This document shows positions 1 through 12,399 of a DNA stretch of 64,000 bases, piece by piece. The DNA comes from Squalus acanthias (Eukaryota): positions 151,902,001 to 151,966,000 of the forward strand of contig CM059431.1 of NCBI GenBank assembly GCA_030390025.1, in the 5' to 3' direction. Made by a program: the position numbers and the translations under genes. The notes beneath the pieces were generated by a model that saw only the letters and a list, made by a program, of their open reading frames with translations, made no database searches and had not been told where the DNA came from. Position 1 is the stretch's first letter, and the number at the start of each line of letters is the position of its first letter.

Positions 1-1385
1 GTAAGCCTGACATCGGTAGTGGGAAAATGCTAGAGTCCATTATAAAGGATGTAATAGCTGAGCATTTGAAAAACAGTGACAGGATCGGACAAAGTCAACA
101 TGGATTTACAAAAGGTAAATCGTGCTTGACTAATCTACTGGAATTTTTTGAGGATGTAACTGGGTAAATAGATAAGGGAGAACCAGTAGATGTGGTGTAT
201 TTGGACTTTCAAAAGGCATTCGATAAGGTCCCGCATAAGAGATTAGCGGGTAAAGTTAAGGCACATTGGATTGGGGGCAAGTTATTGACTTGGATAGAGA
301 ACTGGTTGGCGGACAGAAAGCAGAGAGTAGGAATGATTGGTTTTTTTTCTGAGTGGCAGGCAGTGACTAGTGGGGTACCGCAAGGATCGGTCCTTGGACC
401 CCAGCTATTCACAATATACATTAATGATCTAGATAATGGAATTAAATGTAATATCTCCAAGTTTGCAGATGACACAAAGCTGGGTGGGAGTGTGTGCTGC
501 GAGGAGGATACCGAGAAACTCCAGGGTGATCTGGACAGGTTGGGTGAGTGGGCAGAAGCGTGGCAAAGGCAATATTACGTGGATTAGTGCGAGGTTATCC
601 ACTTTGGTATCAAAAACAGAAAGGCAGACTATTATCTGAATGACAATAGATTGGGAGAAGGGGAAGTGCAAAGAGACCTGGGTGTCCTGGTGCACCAGTC
701 GCTGAAAGTAAGCAAGCAGGTGCAGCAGGCGGTGAAGAAGGCAAATGGTATGTTGGCCTTCATAGCGAAAGGATTTGAGTTAAGAAACGGGATGTCCTGC
801 TACAGTTTTACAGGGCCATGGTGAGACCATACCTTGAGTACTGTGTGCAGTTTTCGTCACCTTATCTGAGGAAGGATGTTCTTGCCATGGAAGGAGTTCA
901 GCGAAGATTCACAATGCTGATACCTGGGATGGCAGGAATGACAGATGAGGAGAGATTGGGTCGATTGGGCTTCTACTCACTGGAGTATAGAAGAATGAGA
1001 GGGGATCTCATATAAAACATATAAAATTCTGACAGGTCTGGACAAACTAGATGCAGGAAGAATGTTCCCGATGGTCGGAGAGTCCAGAATCAGGGTTCAT
1101 AATCTACGGATAACGGGTAAACCATTTTAGACAGAAATGAGGTAGAATTTCTTCACCCAGAGAGTGGTGAACCTGTGGAATTCTCTACCACAGATGGCAG
1201 TTGAGGCGAAGTCATTAAATATATTCAAGGATGAGTTAGATATATTTCTTAAAGCTAAAGGTATCAAGGGATATGGGGAGAAGGCAGGTACAGGGTACTG
1301 AGTTTAGATGATCAGCCATGATCTCATCGAATGGCGGAGCAGTCTCGAGGGGCCGAATGGCCTAATCCTGTTCCTATCTTCTATG
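1..1385 (+). mobile_element. CR1 LINE (subfamily 'A'), 3' part: RT domain and 3' UTR, decayed
   Basis: ORF fragments [32 protein letters not shown] and RPYLEYCVQF, broken by stops. CR1 3' stem-loop (GATCAGCCATG...GAATGGCGGAGCAG...GGCCGAATGGCC) and TTCTATG tail near 1380. Confidence 0.93.
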
Positions 1386-3118
1386 TAAGTATGGCAAGGT
1401 TGGATGGCATTTAGCTATTCGAGCCAGCATGCAGAAAATCCGACAAGAGAGGGGGCGTTACTGGAATTAATTCTTGGAATGTAGCCGGGCAAATGGTCGA
1501 AGTGTAATTCGGAGAACATTTTGGTGACAGCGACCATAATTCGGTGAGTTTAAGTTAGTCATGGAAAAGGACAAAGATGGACCGGAAATAAAGTTTCTAA
1601 ATTGGGGGAAGGCCGATTTTAATATGATAAGGCAGGATCTGGCCAAAGTGGACTGGGATCATCTACTTGTAGGAAAATCCACATCAGAGCAGTGGCAGTC
1701 TTTCAGAAACAAATAGAGAGAGTACAACGCCACATGGTCCCTTGCAGGTCAAGGATGGGACCAACAATCCCAGGGAACCCTGGATGTCAAGGGATATGCA
1801 AGAATCGTTTTGGGAAAAAATGGAGGCTTTTGGAAGATACAAAGGACTAAAAACAGTGAAAGCCCTAGTGGAGTATAGAAAGTGCAGTGGGGCACTTAAA
1901 AAAGAAATTAGGAGAGCGAAGAGGGGGGCATGAGAAAAGACTGACAAGCAAAATAAAGGAAAATCCCAATGTGTTTTATAAGTATATTAAGGGCAAGAGG
2001 ATAACCAGGGAAAGAGTAGGGCCCATTAGGGAAAAGTGGCAATCTGTGTGTAGAGCCGGAAGATTTAGGTGAGGTTTTAAATGAATATTTTGCATCTGTG
2101 TTCACTTTGGAGAAGGACGATGTCGGCTTAGAAATCAGTCAGGGGGACTGTGATATAATTGAAAAAAATAGTCTTGAGAGGGAGGAGGTACTAGCGGTTT
2201 TAGCGGGCAATAAAGTGGATTAATCCACAGGCCCAGACGAGATGTATCCCAGGCAGCCGTGTGAGGCAAGGGACGAGATTGAAGGGGCCCTGACACAAAT
2301 TTTCATAACCTCTCTGGCCACATGGGAGGTGCCAGTGGACTGGAGAACAGCTAAAAGCAAAAGATAGGAAGGAGAAAAACAAAAGTTGCAGTCAGAGAAA
2401 ACAACGGTTAAAATCAAACATGACCACAGTAAATACTGATTCTAATATGTCTAAGAGCGTTAAAAAAAGAAGCCTGGAGGCTTTGTGTCTTAATGCAAGG
2501 AGCATTCGGAACAAGGTGGACGAATTAGCTGCGCAAATAGAGGTAAACGAATATGATTTGATTGGGATTACCGAACCATGGCTCCAGGGTGGCCAAGGCT
2601 GGAAACTTAATATCCAGGGGTACTCAATATCAAGGAAAGATAGGCAAAAAGGAAAGGGAGGTGGGGTAGCATTGCTGGTTAAAGAGGGGATTAACACAAT
2701 TGAAAGGAAGGATATTAGCTCTGATGATGTGGAATCTGTATGGGTTGAACTGAGAAATAACAAGGGGCAGAAAACGTTAGTGGGAGTGATATATAGACCT
2801 CCAAACAGTAATGCGGAGGTTGGGGATGGCATTGAAAGGGAAATTAGAGAAGCGTGCAATAAGGGCACAGCTGTCATCATGGGTGACTTTAATCTACATA
2901 TAGATTGGGCTAACCAAATTAGTAACAATACTATGGAGGAGGAATTCCTGGAGTGTTTACGGGATGGTTTCCTGGACCAATATGTCGAGGAACCAACCAG
3001 AGATCAGGCCATCTTAGACTGGGTATTATGCAATAAGAAAGGATTAATTAGCAATCTTGTTGTGCGAGGCCCCTTGGGTCGGAGCGATCATAATATGATA
3101 GAATTCTTCATTAGGATG

Positions 3119-3233
3119 AAAATGAGAAGTCGCACAACACCAGGTTATAGTCCAACAGATTTATTTAATTTTGTGTTGTGGTGTTGTGCGACTTCTCATT
3201 TTTGTCCACCCCAGTCCAACGCCGGCATCTCCA
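3119..3233. mobile_element. Penelope-like element terminal fragment with inverted repeat
   Basis: 13-bp duplication CTTCATTAGGATG at 3106-3118 and 3234-3246. Perfect 24-bp inverted repeat at 3119-3142/3179-3202. Same sequence family as 40729-40927 and 62647-62945. Confidence 0.8.
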
Positions 3234-4680
3234 CTTCATTAGGATGGAGAGTGAAGTAGTTGATTCAGAGACTAGGGTCCTGAATTTAAATAAAGGAAAC
3301 TACGATGGTTTGAGGTGCGAGTTGGGTAGGATTGATTGGGGAATGTCACTCAAAGGGTTGACGGTGGAGAGGCAATGGCAAACATTCAAAGACCGCATGG
3401 ACATACTACATAATTTGTTCATCCCAGTTTGGCATAAGAATAAAACAAAAAGGGTGACTCAACCAAGGCTAACAAGGGAAATTAGGGATAGCATAAGATC
3501 CAAGGAGAGGGCATATAAATTGTCCAGAAAAAGCAGTAACCCTGTGGATTGGGAGCAGTTTAAGATTCAATAAAGGAGGACAAAGGGATTAATTAAGAAG
3601 GGGAAAATAGAATACGAGAGTAAGCTTAGAGGGAACATAAAAACTGACTGTAAAAGCTTTTATAGATATGTGAAGAGAAAAAGATTAGTGAAATCAAGCA
3701 TAGGTCCCTCGCAGTCAGAATCAGGGGAACTTATAATGGGGAACAAAGAAATGTCAGAAAAATTAAATACATATTTTGGTTCTGTCTTCACAAAGGAGGA
3801 CACACATAACCTCCCAAAGATGTTGGGGAACATAGGGTCTGATGAAAGGGAGGAACTGAAAGAAATCAGTATTTGTAGGGAAATGGTGTCAGGGAAATTG
3901 AAGGGATTGAAGGCCGATAAATCCCCAAGGCCTGATAATCTACATCCTAGGGTACTTAAGAAAGTGGCCCTAGAAATAGTAGATGCATTGCTGATCATCT
4001 TCCAACATTTGATGGAATCTGGAACAGTACCCATGAATTGGAGGTTAGCTAATGTTACCCCACTATACAAAAAGGGTGATCGAGAGAAAACGGGGAATTA
4101 CAGACCGGTAAGCCAGACAGCGGTAGTGGGGAAAATGCTAGAGTCCTTTATAAAAGATGTAATAGCTGAGCACTTGAAAAACAGTGACAGGATCGGACAA
4201 AGTGAACATGGATTTACAAAAGGTAAATCATGCTTGACTAATCTATTGGAATTTTTTGAGGATGTAACTGGTAAAATAGATAAGTGAGAACCAGTGGATG
4301 TGGTGTATTTGGACTTCCAAAAGGCTTTTGATAAGGTCCCGCATAAGAGATTAGCGTGTAAAGTTAAGGCACATGGGAATGGGGGCAAGGTATTGACTTG
4401 GATAGAGAACTGGTTGGCAGACAAAAAGCAAAGAGTTGCAATAAACGGGTCTTTTTCCGAGTGGCAGGCAGTGACTAGTGGGGTACCGCAGGGATCGGTC
4501 CTTGGACCCCAGCTATTCACAATATATATTAATGATATAGACAAGTGAACTAGATGTAATATCTCCAAGTTTGCAGACGACACAAAACTGGTTGTGCGTG
4601 TGTGCTGCGAGGAGGATGCCGAGAAACTCTAGGATGATTTGGACAGGTTGGGTGATTGGGCAGAAGTTTGGCAGATGCAG

Positions 4681-5806
4681 ACAATCTATATTAACGATTT
4701 GGAGGAAGGGACCAAGTGTAACATATCAAAATTTGCAGATGATACAAAGATGGGAGGGAAAGTAGTGAATGAGGAGGACATAAAAAACATGCAAGGGGAC
4801 ATAGACAGGCTAAGTAAGTGGGCAGAGATTTGGCAGATGGAATACAACACTGGAAAGTGTGAGGTGATGCACTTTGGCAGGAAAAATCCTAGAGCAATTT
4901 ATTATCTTAATGGCAAGAAACTGGAGAGTACTGAAGTGCAAAGGGATCTGGGGGTCCTGGTGCACGAAACTCAAAAGGTTAGTATGCAGGTGCAGCAAGT
5001 GATTAAGAAGGCAAATTGAATGTTGGCTTTCATTGCTAGGGGGATAGAATATAAAAATAGGGAGGTATTGCTTCAGTTGTACAAGGTATTGGTGAGACCG
5101 CACCTGGAATACTGCATACAGTTTTGGTGTCCTTACTTAAGGAAAGACATCCTTGCTCTCGAGGCAGTGCAAAAAAGGTTCATTCGGTTAATCCCGGGGA
5201 TGAGGGGGTGGTCATATGAGGAGAGGTTGGGTAGATTGGGACTCTACTCATTGGAGTTCAGAAGAATGAGAGGCGATCTTATTGAAACATATAAGATTGT
5301 GAAGGGGTTGGATCGGGTGGATGCGGGAAGGATGTTCCCGATGACGGGTGAGACGAGAACTAGGGGACATAGTCTTAGAATAAGGGGCTGCTCTTTCAAA
5401 ACTGAGATGAGGAGGAACTACTTCACTCAGAGGGTGGTAGGTCCATGGAATATGCTGCCACAAAAAGCTGTAGAAGCTACAACATTAATTAAATTTAAAA
5501 CAGAAATAGACAGTTTCCTAGAAGTAAAGGGCATTAAGGGTTACGGGGAGCGGGCAGGAATTTGGACATGAGTCTAGGTTCGGATCGGTCATGGCCCTGT
5601 GGGTAGTGGAGCGGGCCCAGGGACTGTGTAGCCTGATTCTGCTCCTATTTCGTGTGTGCAATTCTGTTAGATACAGGAGATGGTTCTGTGATAGATAGTA
5701 GATTGGCGGTTAGGATCAGATCAGCCATGATCTTATTGAATGGCGGAGCAGGCTCGAGGGGCCGATTGGCCTACTCCTGCTCCTATTTCTTATGTTCTTA
5801 TGTTCT
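4681..5806 (+). mobile_element. CR1 LINE (subfamily 'C'), 5'-truncated, nested in CR1-A
   Basis: Interrupts the CR1-A sequence CAGATGCAG|TATAACGTGG. RT C-terminus, duplicated 3' stem-loop and (TTATGTTC)n tail. Confidence 0.92.
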
Positions 5807-7686
5807 TATAACGTGGATAAATGCGAGGTTATCCATTTTGGTGTCAAAAACAGAAAGGCAGATTATTATCTGAGTGGCAATAGATTGGGAAAAGGGAAAG
5901 TGCAACGAGACCTGGGTGTCCTTGTGCACCAGTCGCTGAAGGTAAGCATGCAGGTGCAGCAGGCGGTTAAGAAGGCAAATGGTATGTTGGACTTCATAGC
6001 GAGAGGGTTTGAGTACAGGAACAAGGATGTCTTGCTGCAGTTGTACAGGGCCTTGGTGAGACCACACCTTGAGTACTCTGTACAGTTTTGGTCGCCTTAT
6101 CTGAGGAATGATGTTCTTGCCATGGAAGGAGTTCAGCGAAGATTCACAAGGCTGATACCTGGGATGGCAGGAATGACGTAAGATGAGAGATTGGATGATT
6201 GGGCTTGTACTTGCTGGAGTTTAGAAGAATGAGAGGGGATCTCATTGAAACTTATAAAATTCTGACAGGACCGGACAAACTAGATGCAGGAAGGATGTTC
6301 CCGATGGACGGGGAGTCCAGAACCAGGGGTCACAGTCTAAGGATAAGGGGTAAGCCATTTAGGACAGAAATGAGGACTGATTTATTCACCCAGAGAGTGG
6401 TGAACCTGTGGAATTATCTGCCACAGAAGGCAGTAGAGGCCAATTCATGAAATATATTCAAGAAGGAGTTGGATATATTTCTTAAGGCTAAAGTGATCAA
6501 GGGATATGGGGAGAAAGCAAGGACAGGGTACTGAATTTGGATGATCAGCCATGATTGCATTGAATGGCGGAGCAGGCTAGAGGGGCCGAATGGCCTACTC
6601 CTGCTCCTATCTTCTATGATTCTATGATTCTAACGTAGTACAATTATTAAAGAAGGGGAGTAGGGATAAACCAGGGAATTACAGGTTAGTGAGCCTAACA
6701 TCAGTGCTAGGAAAATTATTGGGAAAAATTCTGAGGGACTGAATCAGTCTCCACTTGGAGAGGCAAGGATTAATCAAGTATAGTGCGCATGGCACTGTCA
6801 GGAGGAGATCATTTCTAACCAATTTGATTTAATTTTTCGAGGGGATGACTCGGTGTGTGGATGAGGGTAGTGCAGTTGTTGTAGTCTACATGGACTTCAG
6901 TGAGGCTTTTGACAAAGTCCGACATGGGAGACGGATCAAGTAGTTAAGAGCCCATGGGATCCAGGGCAATTAGTCACATTGGATCCAAAATTGGCTTCGT
7001 GGCTGGAGGCAGAGGGTGATGGTCGAAGGTTGTTTTTATGACTGGAAGCCTTTTTCCAGTGGTGTACCGCAGGGATCGGTGCTGGGTCCATTGCTGTTTT
7101 CAGTGTACATTAATGATTTAGATATGAATGTAGGAGGTATGATCAGTAAGTTCGCAGATGACACGAAAATTGGTGGAGTGGTAAATAGCAAGGAGGGAAG
7201 CCTTACTCTACAGGATGATATATATGGGTTGGTTAGATGGGCAGAACAGTGGCAAATTAAATTTAACCCTGGAAAGTTTGAGGTGAGGCATTTTGTAAGT
7301 ACTAACAAGGCAATGGAATACACAATACATTGTAGGACCTCAGGAGAGACAGAGGATCAGAGGGACCTTGGTGTGCATGTACATAGATCCCTGAAGGCAG
7401 CAGGACAGGTAGATAAGTTTATTAAAAATTCATATGGGATACTTGCTTTCATTAGCCGAGGCTTAGAATATAAGCGCAAGGAGGTTATGATGGAGCTGGA
7501 GAAAACGCTAGTTAGGCCACAGCTGCAATACTGTGTGCAGTTCTGGTCGACACACTATAGGAGGGATCTGATTGCATTGGAGAGGGTGCAGAGGAGATTT
7601 ACCCGGATGTTACCTGTGCTGGAGCGCTACAGCTATGAAGAGAGACTGGACAGGCTGGGGTTGTTATCCTTAGAGCAGAGAAGGCT

Positions 7687-9167
7687 TGTACAGGAAATAG
7701 TCATATTCCAAAAGATACACCATCCTATGAACAGATGTCTGATATTATTAATACATGACAAACTGGGCTTAAAAGTCGGGAAAACCTCGGCTACACAGGC
7801 TGCAAACACAATACAGGCTTTTGAGATAAGGACAGTTGATAACAAAAGCTGTAAACACCAAACAAGCTTTGAAATGGGAATTGGTTTGTAAATACTAAGA
7901 CAAAGGCCTCTATGAAACAGTGGGTTGTAGGTTCCAAGTAGTCTACAGTTTGGAACAACGCAATACCATTACCCAGTTTAAAGTGTTAAAATCTAACACG
8001 TCGAACAGAAGATTAATAAAATCAACTGCCTTTGAAAAAATGACATCAAGTAAAAGAAATACCTGCCGTAAAATAGTTTTATGTTAAACTTAGAACAAGG
8101 AGACATAATTCTTAATGCAATCAATTGAACTGAATGAGAAATGCAAAGAACACCCTAGATGAAGTGTGATTTAGAAATTGTAAATGGTACAAACAAAACA
8201 CTTTATAGATATAATGTCAATAGATGACACAAAGCAATCACATTGTGTTTGTATTGAAAATGGAATAGTTAGGAGACACGACGTCTGCTCACAGGCAGTT
8301 AAGATGATATTTAGAATTGAATAGAATGACATCCCAAGAATAGCATCAAATAGATAAATCGATAATAAGCATAAAAATCAGAAGTTTTTGAAAATCCAAT
8401 ACATCAGAAAGGATTCCAAAATTTGGCAGCTGAAATGACAGTATGAATAGAAATTCATTCAATAGAGAATGACGATAGAAAATTAGCTTACATCCGCAGA
8501 AAACGTCAAAGAATAAACCATTAAAAAAGGTATAAAAATAGAGCCTTTGAGATAGAGAGTCAGAAGTCGCTGGGAAGGAGCAGAGCGATTCTCGCCTTCA
8601 GAACCACTCTGTAGGCCTACAACTCTGAGTCTCGGGTAATCAAGGTATTTGATTTTGGTGGATATTCTGGATTAAGAAATAAGTAGAAGTGTGGAAATGT
8701 AACGAAGTTAAGATCTGAGAATAAGGATCTCTGATAAGAAATGTAAGCTATTTGTATTTTGAAAGGTTCAAGTTACGATTGCCATACCAGCTGTTAACTA
8801 AGTGTCGGTTCTTCAATAAATCTATATATTTTTTAAATTGTCTCACTGAGTAATTTCTGTATCAATCTCGCAAACTCAATTTCTGTACACTCTTCAGAGA
8901 GGAGTTGCAGAATTCTGGGGGGGTTTCCGGACCCACTTAATATCCGGAAGGTTACAGTCTAGTTAAGCTTGTTAAAAGTGCTATCCGGAGGATGGTAACA
9001 TCTTCAGGCCATACCTTTCCTTTAGGGAGAGATAGTCTGAAACTTTAGACCCAATTAAGCGTCTCTATGATTCGGCTACCGCTAACTTTAATTGAAGGTG
9101 AACGTCTGGGGAATACGTCGGATCTGGGGTAGCCAGAAAAGGGCTTGAACTGGTAATTATCCCTTCA
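7687..9167 (+). mobile_element. Solo LTR (about 1.48 kb)
   Basis: TG...CA termini, 4-bp target duplication GGCT/GTCT (1 mismatch), AATAAA at about 8815, clean interruption of CR1-B, no convincing coding capacity. 3' part is homologous to the 12400 element. Confidence 0.8.
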
Positions 9168-12100
9168 GTCTGAGGGGAGACCTGATTGAGCTGTACAAAA
9201 TTATGAGGGGCATGGATAGGTTAGATAGAAAGGAAATGTTCCCTTAAATTGAGGGGTCAATAACCAGGGGGTTGGTTTCAAGGTAAGGGGCAGGAGGTTT
9301 AGAGGAGATTTGAGGATTTTTTTTTCACCCAGTTGGTGGTTGGAATCTGGAACTCACTGCCTGAAAGGATGGTAGAGGCAGGAACCCTCACAACATTCAA
9401 GAAGCATTTAGATGAGCACTTGGAACGCCATAGCATAAAAGGCTGCGGACCAAGTGCTTGAAAATGGGATTAGAATAGACAGGGCTTGATGGCCGGTGCA
9501 GACACGATGGGCCGAAGGGCCTCTTTCTGTGCTGTATGACTCTATGACTCTATGACTCTATGATTTTATGTATTGAGGAGCTGGAGTTCGAGGTGCTGAC
9601 ATTGTGACACATCAGGGAAGGAGAACGTTACCTGGACCTTTTGCTTCAGGAGACAGCCACACCCCGTAGATTAAATGCTGTAGAATTGACACGTAGTTAG
9701 GGACAGGCGGGTGTGACTGCGAGTGAGGCAAGTACGGGGATCCAGGAGGTAGTATTGCAGGAGCCTCAGTCCCTGCATTTGTCCAATAGATTCGAGGTTC
9801 TTGCAACCCTTGTGGACAAGTTCGGGGAATGCGCAGAGAACGTGCAAACTGACCACTGCACCATGGTACAGGTAGCAGTTCAAGTGCGAGGAGTAAAAAG
9901 GAATGTGGTTGTAGTAGGTGACAGTATAGTTAAGGGGATAGCCACTGTTCTCAGCAGCCAGGAGCGTGAGTCCTGAAGGTTATGTTGCCTACCCAGTGCC
10001 AGGGTGAAGGACATCTCCTCCGGGCTGGAGAAGAACTTGGATTGGGAGGGCGAGGATCTAGTTGTCGTGGTCCACATAGGTACCAACGACATAGGTAAGA
10101 CAAAGCAAGAGGTTCTGCTGAGAGAGTTTGAGCAGCTTGGGACTAAATTAAAAAGCAGAACCACAGAGGTCATCAGCTCTGGTTTATTACTAGAGCCACG
10201 AGCAAATTGGTATTGGATCAACAGGATCAGGGAGATGGTTGCGTGGCTCAAAGACTGGTGTGGGAGAAGTGGGTTTCGATTCGTGGGACACTTGCACTAG
10301 TACTGGGGAAAGAGCTGTTCCGTTTTGGACGGACTGCACCTGAGCCATGCTGGGACCACTGTTCTAGCGAATCGAATCACGAGTGAGGTAGATAGGACTT
10401 TCAACTAAATAAGGGGTGGGGAGAGGGTCCCGGTGGAGAAAAATCTAGATTGCTAACGAGAAAAGAAAAGGAAGCAGTGCAGGAAAGTGATTGGGGTAAG
10501 GGTAATCAGATTGTCTTACAAAGGGACAGAGCGTACAAACAAAGGAGTGCACTAACAAATAGGGTCCGGGTAAGATAAAATGTTAAGGCAAATATGGGCA
10601 CAGTACAAAAAAAGTTAAGTTGTCTAAAAATGTTTTAAAAAAACAATCTAAAGGTACTGTATCTGAATGCACGAAGCATTCGTAATAAGGTAGACGAATT
10701 ATCAACGCAAATAGATGTAAACGGATACGATATGACTGCGCTTACAGAGACATGGCTGCAGGGTGACCAAGCCTGGGAGCTGAACATTCAAGGATATTCG
10801 ATATTTAGGAAGGACAGGCAAAAAGAAAAAGGAGGTGGGGTGGCGTTGTTAGTAAAGGATGAATTCCGAGCAACAGCGAGAAAGGATATTGGCTCAGAAA
10901 AGCAAAATGTAGAATCAGTCTGGGTGGAGTTTAGAATCACCAAGGGGCAGAAAGCATTTGTGGGAGTCTTCTATAGGCCTTCAAAGAGTAGTTGTAATGT
11001 AGGGGATGGCACCAAAGAGGAAAGTAGAGATGCATGTAACAAGGGTACTGCAGTAATTATGGGTGATTTTAATCTACCTATAGACTGGCCAAACCAAATT
11101 AGCAATAATACTGTGGAGGATGAATTCCTGGAGTGTGTAAGAGATGTTTTTTTTTAGAGCAGTACGTTGAGGAGTCAACTAGGGAACAGGCTATCCTAGA
11201 TTGGAAATTGTGCAATGAGAAGATGTTAATTAATAATCTTTTTGTGCGGGCTCCTTTAGGGACGATTGACCATAACATGATAGCATTCTTCACTAAGATG
11301 GAAAGTGAAAAATTCAATCCGAAACTAGGGCCCTAAATCTAAACAAAGGAAATTACGAAATTATGTCGAGTGAGTTGTCTATGATAGATTGGGAAGCTGC
11401 ATTAAAAGGCATGATGGTGGATAGGCAATGGCTAATATTTGAGGAAGAATGCATGAATTGCAATAGTTATACATTCCTTTCTGGCGCAAAAACACAAAAG
11501 GAAAAGCAGCCAAACTATGGCTAACAAAATAAATAAAGGACAGTATTTGATCCAAAGAGGAGTCATATAACGTTGCCAATAAAATAACAAGGCTGAGGAT
11601 TGGGAGCAGTTTAGAGTTCAGCAAAACTGATCAAGTGATTGATTAAGAGGGGAAAAATAAAGTATGAGAGTAAACTTGCAAGGAACTTAAAAGCGGATTG
11701 TAAAAGCTTGTAAAAGTATGTAAAAACAAAAAGATTAGTGAAGACAAATGTAAGTCCCTTACACTCAGAAATGGGAGAATTTATAAAGGGGAACAAGGAA
11801 ATGGCAGGGCAATTGAAAAAATACTTTGCTTCTGACTTCGTGGAAGACGACACACATAACTTCCCAGAAATGCTAGGGAACCAAGGGTCTAGTGAGAAGA
11901 AGGATTTAAAGGAAATTAGTATTAGTAAAATAATAGTGCTGGGGAAATTAATGGGTCTGAAAACCGAAAACTCCCCAGGGCCTGATAATTTGCATCCCAG
12001 AGTACTAAAAGAGGTAGCCATGGAAATAGTGGATGCATTGGTTGTCATCTTCCAAAATTCTATAGAATATGGAACAGATCCCGCAGATTGGAGGGTGGCA

Positions 12101-12399
12101 AATATAACCCCACTGTTTAAAGAAGCAATGAGAGAGAAAACAGGGAACAACAGACTGGTTAGCCTAGCAGCAGTAGTAGGGAGAATGCTACAGTCTATTA
12201 TAAAGGATGTGATAACAGGACACTTAGAAAATATCAACGCGATTAGACAAAGTCAACATGGATTTATGAAAGGGAAATCGTGTTTGACAAGCCTACTGGA
12301 GTTTTTTGCGGATGTAACTGGTAGACTAGGTAAGGGAGAAGCAGTGGATGTGGTGTATTTGGATTTTCAGAAGGCCTTTGTAAAAGTCCCACACAAGAG

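Larger units (their letters stand above)
2355..6629 (+). mobile_element. CR1 LINE (subfamily 'A'), near-complete ORF2 (AP endonuclease + RT), nested in CR1-B
   Basis: Endonuclease motifs LNARSI, ITEPWL, VIYRPP, MGDFN, SDHN; RT motifs; (TTCTATGA)n tail at about 6611-6630; short CTAA duplication at the junctions. Confidence 0.92.
1390..9563 (+). mobile_element. CR1 LINE (subfamily 'B'), host element split by nested insertions (pieces about 1390-2354, 6630-7686, 9168-9563)
   Basis: ORF2 continues across the junctions (GACTGGAGAACAGCTAA|CGTAGTAC; GAGAAGGCT|GAGGGGAGACC). RT motifs in ORF 7016-7891. (CTATGACT)n tail at 9533-9563. Confidence 0.88.
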
